Shown: piece after piece, positions 19,388-41,306 of the stretch
How the letters are laid out: every line of letters starts with the position of its first letter
How positions within the stretch are numbered: position 1 is the first letter of the stretch
NCBI RefSeq assembly: GCF_009914755.1
Contig: NC_060926.1
Direction: 5' to 3' (one strand)
DNA from: the human T2T-CHM13v2.0 reference genome, Homo sapiens
DNA length: 64,000 bases
The notes under the pieces: generated by a model
Databases searched by the model: none
What the model was told of the DNA's origin: nothing
Seen by the model: the letters and a program-made list of their open reading frames with translations, nothing else
Translations under genes and position numbers: made by a program

Positions 19388-19941
19388 GTAAGTTCTTTCT
19401 TCATATGTACTTAACATTCTTTATTCACATCTTTCACCTTCATGATGTCAGGACATGGAATGGAATTTTAAGTAGGTTCTAGAGAAAATGCCAGATTTTA
19501 TCTACTGGCATACGTTCTTCTATCCTATGTCTGTATTCATTGTGGGTGAATATTATTTCCGGTGCTTTTATAGAAAAAATGCTTATTTTCTGAAATAATT
19601 CAACCGTGGAATTGTTAGGTTAGGTGAGTTAAATATGATATTCAACTTCTAGAAATCCATTTCTTGTGTTGAATTTTGAACACACCTTTTTAAAATTGGG
19701 AAAATTATTTTCCCTTAAAATGACCTCAACATGAGTGTGCTTTGAAAGGCAAAGTATTTCATTAATCCAGTGAGTACATATAATTAACCATTGTTGAGAA
19801 GGATCTTAGGTAAAGTCTAACTGATGGTTTTTATTTTTGTGACTAGGTAGCTAGGACCAAATCCCCAAGTTTGAAACCAGGCTGATGATAATGGGGACTC
19901 TTCTACATGAGATAGCTTTAAGGATACACACACATTAAAAA

Positions 19942-19980
<39 letters not shown>
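19942..19980. repeat. (TA)n(TG)14 compound microsatellite
   Basis: Read directly; preceded by a short (AC)n at about 19926. Confidence 0.95.
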
Positions 19981-19983
<3 letters not shown>

Positions 19984-21465
19984 ATGAAATATGTGAAATA
20001 CACCGACATTCTTAGATGCTAACAGTGACTGCCTAGGTGCTGTCTCATGTTTCTGCTTAGCCTTTAGTAGTGACTTTTTATTAGGCTAAAACCTGATTAA
20101 CTTTTAAATTTTATTGGAGTAAAACCTGATTAATTTTGCCTTGACCTACTTAAATAGTTAAAATGTGTAGTTTAAACATGCATTTCTTAAGGAACTTCAG
20201 GTGCTTTATATTAGGTGTTAAGTATCTTATAGTCAACCTCATCACCCTTAATTTCTTCATTTGTAAAATGAGAATAAAATGCCATCCATTATGGAAAATA
20301 GGAACACAGACTCAAAATTTAAAATACAACTTTATCAGTTTCTAAGAACAGTATGCAGGAAGAGGGAGTATATGCATATAGCTTGAAGAGTTTAAACTTC
20401 CTCGACTTATGGACCCATCAAAATTATTGGCTTTTGAGACAATTCGAGACCCTTTCTGGGAAGGAATTGGGTTAGTTAGCAGAGGTGGGGAGACTTTGTG
20501 ACATTCAGGTAAGGGAGAAGAGTTGAAGTCCTCTGGCATTCTGCAGAGAAGAGATCTTGAAGTCAGTAACACACCTCAGAAGCTCTGTGTAAAAAGTACT
20601 GATAACAAGCTTTTGGAAGAGTTACAGTATTTGTCCAGCAGTGAGGGGCAAAACATAAGGGTCTTCACAGACTTTTCCTTCAGCTCGTAGTTGTCATTAA
20701 ACATGTAACTCTGTCTATTGTGGTGGCAGGTTTCTTCACAATCTCTTAGGGTAGTTTTGAGTATTCCAGAAAATAACCCACGTAAGATACCTGGCACACA
20801 CTTGGCACCTAGGCTGAGATCAGTATTAGTACCTTGCTTTCATTTTCTCCCTATAACCTAGAACCATTTCAGGAAAAGCAGAATGCCATTGAGCAGTTTA
20901 TTTTCTTTGAATGTTCTTACTGCCCTTTTCTATACTCCGGTATCATGAGATCGTGACATTCGTTCACTCATTCACTAACAGTTCACTGTTCCCTTGTGAG
21001 TTGGAACAGAAAAGTGGTGGAAGCAGTGACTTAGTCCTTTCATTTAGGATTCTGCTGGGCATCGTTCATCATTTAGGATTCTGCTGGGCATTGTTCGGGA
21101 AAATAGACATTTTTAAAACTCGTTTCACTTTTTTTTAACATGGTGACTATTCATTTTTCTGCCTCTTAGGTTAATATTTCAGAAAAATACAGATAATGGA
21201 AAACATTTGAAATCGGAAATTATACAAAATATTTAGTTTCAGCATTTGTGTACACATTGCCAGGTTGGAAACAAGAGAATATAAGAATGGAAGCCCTCTT
21301 GAATGGTACAAAAAAATTCAAGATGCTAAGCTGCTAAGTTCTGGGTTAATTAAAAAAAAAAGAAAAATTCAAGTCGCAATGTGTAAAACACAAATTGTAA
21401 CTGTAGTAGCATTAAAGTTAGTAAATTAGGAATGTATATGCTAAAACATGCTATTTGTCATTTAG

Positions 21466-21563
21466 AAAAAGGCTGGGATTGGTATGTGTGTGAAGGTTTC
21501 CAGTATATTCTTTATCAACAAGCAGAAGCCTTAAAGAACCTTGGAGTAGGCCCAGAGTTAAAG
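21466..21563 (+). CDS. TAF1B: TAF1B coding exon 4
   Basis: tttag| acceptor, 98 nt, donor AAG|gtaagt. Translates (E)[32 protein letters not shown]; phase matches exon 3. Confidence 0.97.
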
Positions 21564-22004
21564 GTAAGTACATTTGTGACTAGATGTTAGCTTTACATAT
21601 TTTTGTTTAAAGAACAGTAAGACTTATAGTGGAACTAAGGAGAAATCAGTAGTAACACTAGGACTACTGGAAGAATAATTTTTCTGATGTTTTTGCTTTA
21701 ATCCTTTTAGTAGGTTAGCAGTTCTGGAAGTGTGTTCTACAGGATGTAAATAAGCAATACATCCAAAAGAAAAATTTAAAGGTTTTAGTCTTCAGATACT
21801 TAGGAAACAACAGGTTAAACAAAGTAAAACTCAAATAACTTTGGGGGTTTATTAGTACCTTTTGTGTGTTAATGTGCTTGTTTAATTTCCAGGGAATGTC
21901 CTGTGTGTTATTCACAATTTGAGAACAAAATCGTTTGGTGTATGTACATAACGTCCATCAGGACTTGAGTTCCACAGAATGCACTTTGGACAGCGATATG
22001 CTAA

Positions 22005-22180
22005 ACCAGTCGTTCACCTGAGTGCATCAGAATCACCTGGAGTGCTTGAAAAAACACCAATCACTGGACCTTAATCCCCGAATTTCTGAGTTAGTATGTC
22101 TGGAGTAGAGCCCAAGAATGTGCATTTCTAACAAGTTCTTATGGGACACCCATGCTTCTGGTCTGGGGACCACTCTTTGA
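22005..22180. mobile_element. MER5A (hAT-Charlie MITE)
   Basis: catcagaatcacctggagtgcttg...tgcatttctaacaagtt...ggggaccactctttga. Confidence 0.8.
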
Positions 22181-22417
22181 CTTTGCTGCCTTCCTGGAGC
22201 AACACAGTATTTCTGCAATTATTTGAATTTCATATTCCTTCATCTAGTAAAAGTCATTTAAGGAATGCTTTAAAAAGCCAGTTATTTAGCAACAAGTTGT
22301 TCACTTGCTTCATATGCTTCATTGGAAACCAAGTGTTGAGAGGTCCAGCCTAGTTGGGGAGAGGGATTTATGCATATGTGAAATGAATAGACATGAATTT
22401 ATATGGTGATATGCTAA

Positions 22418-22715
<298 letters not shown>

Positions 22716-23393
22716 CCTCATAAGTGATATTAAAGGCAAAAAAAGAACAGAGAAAGATCAACATGGGCTGCAGTCACCAAGGAAAGATTTGTAGAGGAGC
22801 CTTTGCTGTTCAAACTGGTGGTTGGGGCAAGTCCAAACAGAACAACCACGATTTCAGTGCATGGCCTAAATGGATGCTGGGCCTACCCTGAAAGGCGTTA
22901 AGAATTAAAAATTCAGAAGCATGAAGCAACAGAGGCTAACCCATAATAGTCATTGCATTAGGTATGATAGCTGATAGTGGGGGGGTTGTGATCTGATTTC
23001 TGCTTACATAGTCATTTTATGTATAAATGTTTAGAAACAGTTTTATATAGTTACACTATATAGCTGTAGCAGGGTTTGTTCCTATGTAGCTTTATGCTCA
23101 CCTCATTAGGGGTTAATTCTGAAAACAATTTTTCTGAAATTAGCCAATGAGCATAACTGTTTAGACCTGATCAGTTGAGTGGCATTATGCCATGTACACA
23201 GGCTCCAGAATCAGAACTGACTCCAAATCCTATTGATAGTTTTTCTGCTTAATGGCTGGGTAATCTTGGACAAGTTATTCAGTTTCTTCAATGGTAAAAT
23301 GAAGCTAATAGCTGTCTTACAATATTGTGTTGGAGCTAAGGGATACCTGGTACCTAGTAGATGACGAATAAATGGAAAAGTCTTTCTGTTTGC

Positions 23394-23685
23394 TTTTTTT
23401 TTTTCTTTTTCAGACAGGGTCTTGCTCTGTCACCCAGACTGGAGTGCAGTGACCTGATCATGGCTCACTGCAGCCCCAACCTCCTAGACTCGAGTAATCC
23501 TCCCACCTCAGCCTCCCAAGTATCTGGGACTACAGGCATGTGCCACCATACCTGGCTAACTTTTTGATTTTTTGTAGAGATGAGGTCTCACCATGTTGCC
23601 CAGGCTGGTTTCGAACTCCTGGGCTCAAGCAGTTTCTCCTGCCTTGAAGTCTGGGGATTACAGTAGTGAGCCACCGTGCCCAGCC
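23394..23685 (-). mobile_element. AluJ in intron 4
   Basis: Full dimer; TSD approximately ggaaaagt(c/t)ttt. Confidence 0.9.
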
Positions 23686-24250
23686 GGAAAAGTTTTTTGT
23701 TTAGTTTCACTATCACTTGGGACTGGTTAGTAAACCTGGTAACAGCTTTGCCCCTAACTAAAAGTGTAGTCATGTATCAGTTGCTTTGTACTCTGATCCT
23801 TAATTTACTTAATATGCAGAAGAAAAGGACTCAACTCGGTGATTTTAATGTCTTTCTCTATCTAAAATTAAGAAGGATTTTTTCAGCATTTCTCATGTAC
23901 CTGACACTATGATGATATTATAATTCTTTTTAAGGAAAGGCAGGTAAGAATACATTTAGATGGAAGACTTAACCAGCCCTCCAGGTGATTCTGATGCACA
24001 CTTAAGCCTGAGAACTACTGGTTCAACATACTAATCCCTAGTGTGCATTTTGTGGAACTCAATGTTCTGATAGATGCTACATACAGACCCCAGAGATTTT
24101 GTTCTCAACTTGTGAATACCACATAAAACATTTACTGGAAATTTATATGTAAGTTAATATTTAAAGTACAAGAGAGCTGTGGTGTAGATGTGCCTGTACA
24201 TTTGTTGTCATAACCTGAATCACCCACCACTCATTTCCCTTCCACCTTAG

Positions 24251-24346
24251 AACGATGTTTTACATAATTTTTGGAAGCGCTACCTTCAGAAGAGCAAGCA
24301 GGCATATTGTAAGAACCCAGTTTATACCACTGGAAGGAAACCTACG
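24251..24346 (+). CDS. TAF1B: TAF1B coding exon 5
   Basis: ttcccttccaccttag| acceptor, 96 nt, donor ACG|gtaagt. Translates NDVLHNFWKRYLQKSKQAYCKNPVYTTGRKPT. Confidence 0.96.
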
Positions 24347-24838
24347 GTAAGTCACAAGTCTGAAAAGTTGGATTAAAAAACATGTCTGTTGAGATGTAGA
24401 GATGAAGATGGGTTCATGACCAGTTTGAGTATCTGAGATTATGATGCTTGTCAGAGGATTTTCAGTTAAGAGGCTTCTGTTACAGTCTAGAGGACGGGGT
24501 CACTGATTTAAACGTTGGAATAAAGTTTTTTCTTCACTTTTTTCCTGCAGTATGGAATTAATTTTGACATCTTATCAGACTAGTTGAAACATAAAGGAAT
24601 TTGTGGTTGATTTTCTAGATAGAAGATAGTTTCTATCACTGTACTATTAAAATAATTTTTAATTTAATAATGTATTTATTCTGTTTGCTTGGAATACCTA
24701 CTTACTTTATGTGGCATTTCAAGATTCAGCTCAGTTATCATATCTTCTCAGAAGCCTTTATGTGAAGAAAAATAAAATCTGGGTATTCTCCCATATCCAC
24801 CAGCTGTTTTTAGCAGTTTCTTTGTAACTGCTTTATAA

Positions 24839-25219
<381 letters not shown>

Positions 25220-25245
25220 AGTTGGATAATTTTTGATGTGTGGTA

Positions 25246-25896
<651 letters not shown>

Positions 25897-27485
25897 TAGT
25901 TACTCTTCATATGGCTAGAAGAGATTCTGAATCTGTTTGATACACATTTGTTAAGGGCTTGGGAATTTGGCCCAGTGTTTCCTTGTTTGCTTGGGTTCTC
26001 ATAGGTTTCACATCCAGAGTTGAGAGACCCAGTACTGAGAAACCCAGGTCTGGGTGAAGAGTAGGTTACAGAGATGAGCAAAAGAGATAACCTCTGAGCT
26101 CCTTCAGTATCCTCATGTGATACCAATCCTAAGAATGAGAAGTTTAGAGTAGTCAAGTCGTACGGGATAGTGATGGTTAAATGTTATCCTGGCGGGCAGT
26201 TGTGGGGGCCAACCTGAGAAAGCTAACTGAAAAAAAAAAAAGGCAGGGGAATAACCTGAGGGGTTCGTTTGGAGAATGTTTTAAAATATGAGATAATGAA
26301 TTTAAATAAACTCAAGAGAAATAACTTGAATTTACTAGAAAAGATAATATTTTATAATCATAGAACTATGAAACATTATACTGTCTTGATACATGAGAGA
26401 GATACTTCCCAAGAAAATCGGAAGATGCTATATGGTTCTAAGGTAACACTTTGAAAAAGAAAGGAAAGAATTGCCTAATCTACTAAGAACCTGATCTTTA
26501 AAATTTCATATCTAAGGTATTTGTTGATTGTATTTATGCCCTGGGAGTTTGCCTAACACATAGAAAATATGCATCAGAACCTGGGATTCTCTGACATTTA
26601 AATATTTTTGGGTTAACTTAAGTTTTTTTTAAAAAAAGGTTTTTCTAGAGTTGAGTAAATTCTCGTGTAAAGCAATATTAGCATCACGCTAAAATCTTGG
26701 TGAATAAATAAGCAATAAGTAAAATATTAAGCTGATGTATGAATTAGTAAGGTAATTTCTACTTCAAGAGTACAGCTATACTCTATTTTGAAAGGAAATG
26801 GAAACAATTACTTTTAATTAGAAGCATAGTTTTCTCAAGTATATCCATTAAATATTTCCTTAGTGCTTTGGAGATAACTGTTTTGAGAACAGTAAGAGGC
26901 CTGGTCCCTGCTTTTGAGCTGTATTATCTTGGGTGAGGTAAATTACTGAAAATGTGCAGAAGAAGCAAATTAACAAGCAAATATAGAGAGGGGGACACTG
27001 GGGAAGGGTGCTATTTAATAAAAGGTGGTCATGGAGGCCCTTGCTGATGTGGGAGCTGAAGTGATGAAGAAAGTGAGAGAGTAAACCATGGGATATCTAG
27101 GGCAAGAAATGCAGAATTTCAGGTCTTACCAAGACCAGTTGAATGCAGATACGCATTTTAAGAAGTCCGTAGATGCTTCCTATACACAGTACACTAAAGT
27201 TTGAGAAGCACTGGTGTAGATGAGAAGTGATGGTGGCTGGTACCAGGTGGTAGAACTGGAGGTGATAAGTGATAGGATTCTATATAAAGTCTGAAGATAG
27301 AGCCAACAGAACTTCCTGACGGATTGGATGTGAGAGAAAGAGAGGAATAGGAGTCAATGATGACTCTAAGGATTTTGACCTAAGCAGCTGGAAGGAAAGA
27401 GTTGCCATCAGCTGAAGGGTAAGTGGGCCAGGAAGGTCAGTGGTTCCATTCTGGACATGTTAAGTTTGAGACAGCTGTTAGCATC

Positions 27486-30161
<2,676 letters not shown>

Positions 30162-30264
30162 GCATCCAAGAGGAAATTTCAAGCATGCAGTTAGATGTAA
30201 AAGTCTGCAGTTCAGGAGAGAGGTCTGAGCCGGAGACATAAATTTCGAAGCTGTTAGTTTATAT

Positions 30265-30442
30265 TATAATCATGAAATCTAACATGCTATTGTTTGTAAC
30301 ATACGCCATTATTTTAAGTACTGCTAAGAAAGAAAAGAGTGCTACAAATTCAATTTTGACATGCCAGTGATTGTAAGATAAATCTTGATTTCTAGGATGT
30401 TAAAATGTGGTATGGGAGGGGACATTTTAAAATTTGAAGATA
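30265..30442. mobile_element. MER104/Kanga-like Tc2 MITE
   Basis: gattgtaagataaatcttgatttctaggatgttaaaatgtg resembles recalled MER104. Confidence 0.5.
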
Positions 30443-31916
30443 GTAGCTAGTATTTAAAACTGTAAGACCGGATGACATCACCAAGGTATGAAGACAGAGA
30501 GAGGACCAATAACTTAGCCCTAGGTCATTCTACGGTTAAGATGTTTGGGATAAAAGAGGAACTGGCAAAAAAATTCTTGGGAACAATGTGAAGTAAGAGG
30601 ACAGCTGAGAGAATGAGCACTCTGGAAACCAAGGGAACAAAGTGTTTCAAGAAGAGGGCAGTGATCAGCTGTGATAAATGCTGTCACTAGGTCAAGAAGG
30701 AAGAGGGCTGCAAAGTGGTTAGTGGAGCAGTGGGATCAAAACCTTGATTGGAATGGAATATAAGGTAGACTGAGAGGAGAGAAATTGGAGACAACAAATT
30801 TGGACTTTTTCAAGGCATTTTGCTGCAACAAGTACAAAGAAATTGCATGGTTGCTGGGGTCAAGGGAGAGCTTTTAAAAAGTGGGATAGAGGGGTGGAGC
30901 CAAGATGGCCAAATAGGAACAGCTCCAGTCTACAGCTCCCAGCATGAGCAGCGCAGAAGACGGGTGATTTCTGCATTTCCAACTAAAGTACTGGGTTCAT
31001 CTCACTGGGGAGTGCGGGACAGTGGGTGCAGGACAGCGGGTGCAGCACACCGTGCATGAGCCGAAGCAGGGCGAGGCATCGCCTCACCCGGGAACTGCAA
31101 GGGGTCAGGGAATTCCCTTTCCTAGTCAAAGACAGGGGTGACAGACGGCACCTGGAAAATCAGGTCGCTCCCACCCTAATACTGCGCTTTTCGAACGGGC
31201 TTAACAAACGGCACACCAGGAGATTATATCCCACACCTGGCTTGGAGGGTGCTATGCCCATGGAGCCTCGCTGATTGCTAGCACAGCAGTCTGAGATCAA
31301 ACTGCAAGGCAGCAGCGAGGCTGGGGAGGGGCGCCCGCCATTGCCGAGGCTTGAGTAGGTAAACAAAGCTGCTGGGAAGCTCGAACTGGGTGGAACCCAC
31401 CACAGCTCAAGGAGGCCTGCCTGCCTCTGTAGGCTCCACCTCTGGGAGCAGGGCACAGACAAACAAAAGGCAGCAGTAACCTCTGCAGACTTAAATGTCC
31501 CTGTCTGACAGCTTTGAAGAGAGCAGTGGTTCTCCCACCATGCAGCTTGAGATCTGAGAACGGGCAGACTGCCTCCTCAAGTGGGTCCCTGATCCCTGAG
31601 TAGCCTAACTGGGAGGCACCCCCCAGTAGGGGCAGTCTGACACCTCACACGGCCAGGTACTCCTCTGAGACAAAACTTCCAGAGGAACGATCAGGCAGCA
31701 GCATTTGCGGTTCACCAATATCCGCTGTTCTGCAGCCACTGCTGCTGATACCCAGGCAAACAGGGTCTGGAGTGGACCTCCAGCAAACTCCAACAGACCT
31801 GCAGCTGAGGGTCCTGACTGTTAGAAGGAAAACTAACAAACAGAAAGGACATCCACACCAAAAACCCATCTGTACGTCACCATCATCAAAGACCAAAGGT
31901 AGATAAAACCACAAAG

Positions 31917-36806
<4,890 letters not shown>

Positions 36807-38200
36807 ACAATGAGAACACATGGACACAGGAAGGGGAACATCCCATACCGGGGACTGTTGTGGGGTGGGTGGAGGGGGGAGGGATAGCATTAGGAGATAT
36901 ACCTAATGCTAAATGACGAGTTAATGGGTGCAGCACACCAACATGGCACATGTATACATATGTAAGAAACCTGCATGTTGTGCACATGTACCCTAAAACT
37001 TAAAGTATAATAAAAAAATTTTTAAATAAAGTGGGATAAATGATAGCATATTTGTGTAGTGATAGGAATGATGCAGGAGAGAAGAAAAATTTGCAATGGA
37101 GAGAAAGAGTAGATGTGAATCTTTGAACAGATATCTTTGAGTGTACAGAGAGGTGGGATCAAGTGCACAAATAGAGAAACTGGCTTTAAACAGGAGTTTG
37201 AATCGTCCAGAAGAATCAGGCAGAGGCAGAGTATGTGGTAGAGTTGCTGGCAGTGGTAACCTGTGGGAACCTGTGGAAGTTTTCTCTGTGTTCATGCTCA
37301 TCAGCCAGCTTTCTGGTGTAGCCTCCTTCTCACAGGGCTTCCCTATAGGGAGGGGATATGCTTGACAGAGGACACAAGCATCTTACTTCATTCTCTGAGG
37401 TTTTTGTTTGTTTTTTTGTTTTTTTGGGTTTTCTTGCTTCATTGTCTTGTGAGCCTCTTTACCAGGAGTCTTAGTCTTATCTTCCTGTAATAAGATCAAG
37501 TTTCTTGGCCTGCAGGGTTGAAATCACGGCTTTTTGACTGTGATCGGTTTGCCTGGGTAATGTCAGCTAATGAGGTCTTTAGGTAGCCAGCCAGCTGACC
37601 TTTTTAGGGACACTCTGTTGTTTCAACAGTACATGTGTGAACAGTTAAACAGTAGTATGAGATAGTATATCCTTGTTGATTACATGTTACAAATCGTATA
37701 TGCTACAGGAGTTCAAGGAAAGGAGAAATCACTGAAGAGTGGGTTGGAAAGATGGCATGATGAGTAAGTAATGAGTTAGGGAGAGGGAGGAAAAGGCGTA
37801 GTTCAGGCAGGAGAACCAGAATTAACAAAGATACAAAGCAAAAATTCCCCAGGTAGGTTTGGTAAAAAGAAGCCAGCCAGCATGTGTGGGGTCATTGATG
37901 CGCGATGTTTTCAGTGGTGAAGATATTAGCGCTGTAAGAGAGATGTTCATGGAAGAAGGAGACCTGATGGCAGGGCTGGCAGCCGGTTTCCTCGCCCATC
38001 CTTGTCTGTGACTCCTCTCCAAGAAGCACTGCTGGGAGCTGTCAGGAGCGTGTTTCAGAAGTAAAGGGACTTGGCAGGCAGTTGCAGTTTTCTAGAGTGG
38101 TTTCTTTTAGGGTGTTTGTGATAGGAGTTGTTTAAGTTCACAGAAATTAACTGTTTAAAACTGTTACACAATAATTTTATTTATATTGTTTTGCAAACAG

Positions 38201-38354
38201 GTATTAGAAGATAATCTAAGTCATTCAGACTGGGCTAGTGAGCCTGAGCTGCTAAGTGATGTCAGCTGTCCTCCTTTTCTTGAAAGTGGAGCGGAGTCTC
38301 AGTCTGACATCCACACTCGAAAACCTTTCCCCGTCAGCAAAGCATCACAATCAG
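38201..38354 (+). CDS. TAF1B: TAF1B coding exon 6 (acidic, Ser-rich, likely disordered)
   Basis: ttttgcaaacag| acceptor, 154 nt, donor CAG|gtaaaa. Translates VLEDNLSHSDWASEPELLSDVSCPPFLESGAESQSDIHTRKPFPVSKASQS(E); partly visible in ORF 38186..38422. Confidence 0.95.
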
Positions 38355-39078
38355 GTAAAAATGAGAACCAAACCATTTCGAATTTTAAAGCTGTTATGCC
38401 CCTTAAAAATAATTTAGTCTAATCTTCTGATAATCCAAGGAAAGGGAACTTGGTCTAGCGAGGAAGAATCTAGCAAGGAAGAATGACTTGCTGAATCATA
38501 TGGCTAAGACAAACTAAGTGAAATCTTAGCGCAATTTTTTAAAAGGCACATTGTCTCCATGTGAGTTTTTTGTGTGTGATTTTAAAGGGACATAAAGTTC
38601 AAGTGGATCCAGAAAGAAGGAGGCTGCTTCAGAAAGATCTATATGTGTGGGCTCAGCGTCTTCAAAGAAAAGTTGTAGCAGAAAAATGTTATTATGTAGC
38701 CATATAGTAAAATAGACAAAGATGGTATGTCCAGTTTCTAAGCATAGACTAAATCAAGCTGAGTAAAATTTACCTTGTTACATGTGTGTTTTACTTTCTG
38801 ATATAATTCCATAACTTGAAATAAATAAGGAATGTATTTAAGATTAAAATATAGGCCTTCATTCCTTTATCAGTGTATCCACATCTCTTCCTGGACTGCA
38901 CAGTGACACAGATATCAAATAAGTTACTTTTGGTGTAAAGTGTTAGGATCATTGACTAATTGGGCAACAAGGAATTTCTGGAGTTTTCTTCTCCACCTTT
39001 TCAGACAAGCCTGAGCTCAAATATTCCCAGAAGACCATGACTGTAAAACCATCGAACCTTTTTGAAAGAAGATATTAG

Positions 39079-39447
<369 letters not shown>

Positions 39448-39518
39448 TGCTTATTTGTTTTTTAATAAATGATGATCCCTAGAGCTTTCTTTTAGTTTTT
39501 ACATTAAAAGTAATCAAT

Positions 39519-39807
39519 GGCCGGGCGTAGTGGCTCACACCTGTAATCTCAGGACTATGGGAGGCTGAGGCGAGCAGATCACTTGAGGTCAGGAGTTTGA
39601 GACCAGCCTGGCCAACATGGAGAAACCCCATCTCTACTAAAAATACAAAAATTAGCTAGGCGTGGTGGTATGCACCTGTAGTCCCAGCTTCTTGGGAGGC
39701 TGAGGCAGAATTGCTTGAACCGGGAGGCAGAGGTTTCAGTGAGCCAAGATCACACCACTGCACTCCAGTGTAGGTGACAGAGCAAGACTCCATCTCAAAA
39801 AAAAAAG
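39519..39807 (+). mobile_element. Alu (AluSx/Sz-like) in intron 6
   Basis: Full dimer with A tail. Confidence 0.92.
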
Positions 39808-40124
39808 AAGTAATTATTAGTGAAACTCAATATAAAACTATAAAATGCAGATAGTCACGAAGAAAATAAAATCACCAGTTACTGTACCAACTAGAAATTA
39901 CCGCTACTGCTATTGTAGATCATTCCAGAAAGTTTTTCTTCATGTATGTATACGGAAAGAATTTATTTTGTTTTTGTAAAAATTTGAATTATTTCTTCAT
40001 TCTTTAAATTTTTAAAAACTTAAAGTATAATAATAAATAAATTTTTAAATCAAAACTCTACAAATCATTCTATAAGTCTTGTTATAAAAAAATCGCAAAA
40101 ATAAAAAATTGTTTTAAGTTGTAG

Positions 40125-40425
40125 TCCACCAGTCACGGCAGTGGACTACACCTATTGTAATCCCAGCATTTTGGGAGGCCAAGGAGGGAGGATCAGTTGA
40201 ACCCAGGAGTCCAAAACCAGCCTGGGCAACATAGTGAGACCTCCATCTCTCAAAAAATAAAAATTAGCTAGGCATGGTGGTGCATGCCTACAGTCCCAGC
40301 TACTCAGGTGACTGAGGTTGCTGGAGTGCTTGAGCCAGGAGGTCGAGGCTGTAGTGCGCTGTGATCATCCCACTGCACTCTAGCCTGGCCGACGGAGCAA
40401 AACCTTGTCTTAAAAAAAAATAAAA
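40125..40425 (+). mobile_element. AluJ
   Basis: ggaggtcgaggctgtagtgcgctgtgatc. Confidence 0.88.
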
Positions 40426-40953
40426 TTTGTAGTCTACCTTCAGCTAATGTCCTGTTCCCAAGGGGCATTCATTTTCAACTCTTTTGTGACTTTCATATTT
40501 CCGTATCACGTGCTTCTAGTATTACATCTTGATTTCTAGTTTGGGACATTAGCTATTCAATTCTGTTTTAGCTCTTTCACACATTCCTCACTGTCCCTTA
40601 TCTGCACATAGTCCCCAGTACATGCATGTGCATTTCTCATTCTCTCTCTTCTCAATATAATTGCTGTAATTTTTTACTAGATCAGTATTTACTGCTTAAA
40701 TTATTATAAATGTATACACATTATTTAGACTGAGCTGTATAGCTTACTATGATTACTTTTTCTGTATATCCTGTGGTTTTCTTGGAGTTGATAATTGTTA
40801 TTTATTTAGTTTTCTGTTTATTACTAATCCATAATTTATTACTAATGTATCTCCACACTTCCAGTTCTTACAATCTCTTAATATCTTATGCATTCTATCA
40901 GTTTCATCTTCTGGAAGAAGTCTCCCTGGAGCCTCTGATCTGCTCTGATCTAG

Positions 40954-41306
<353 letters not shown>

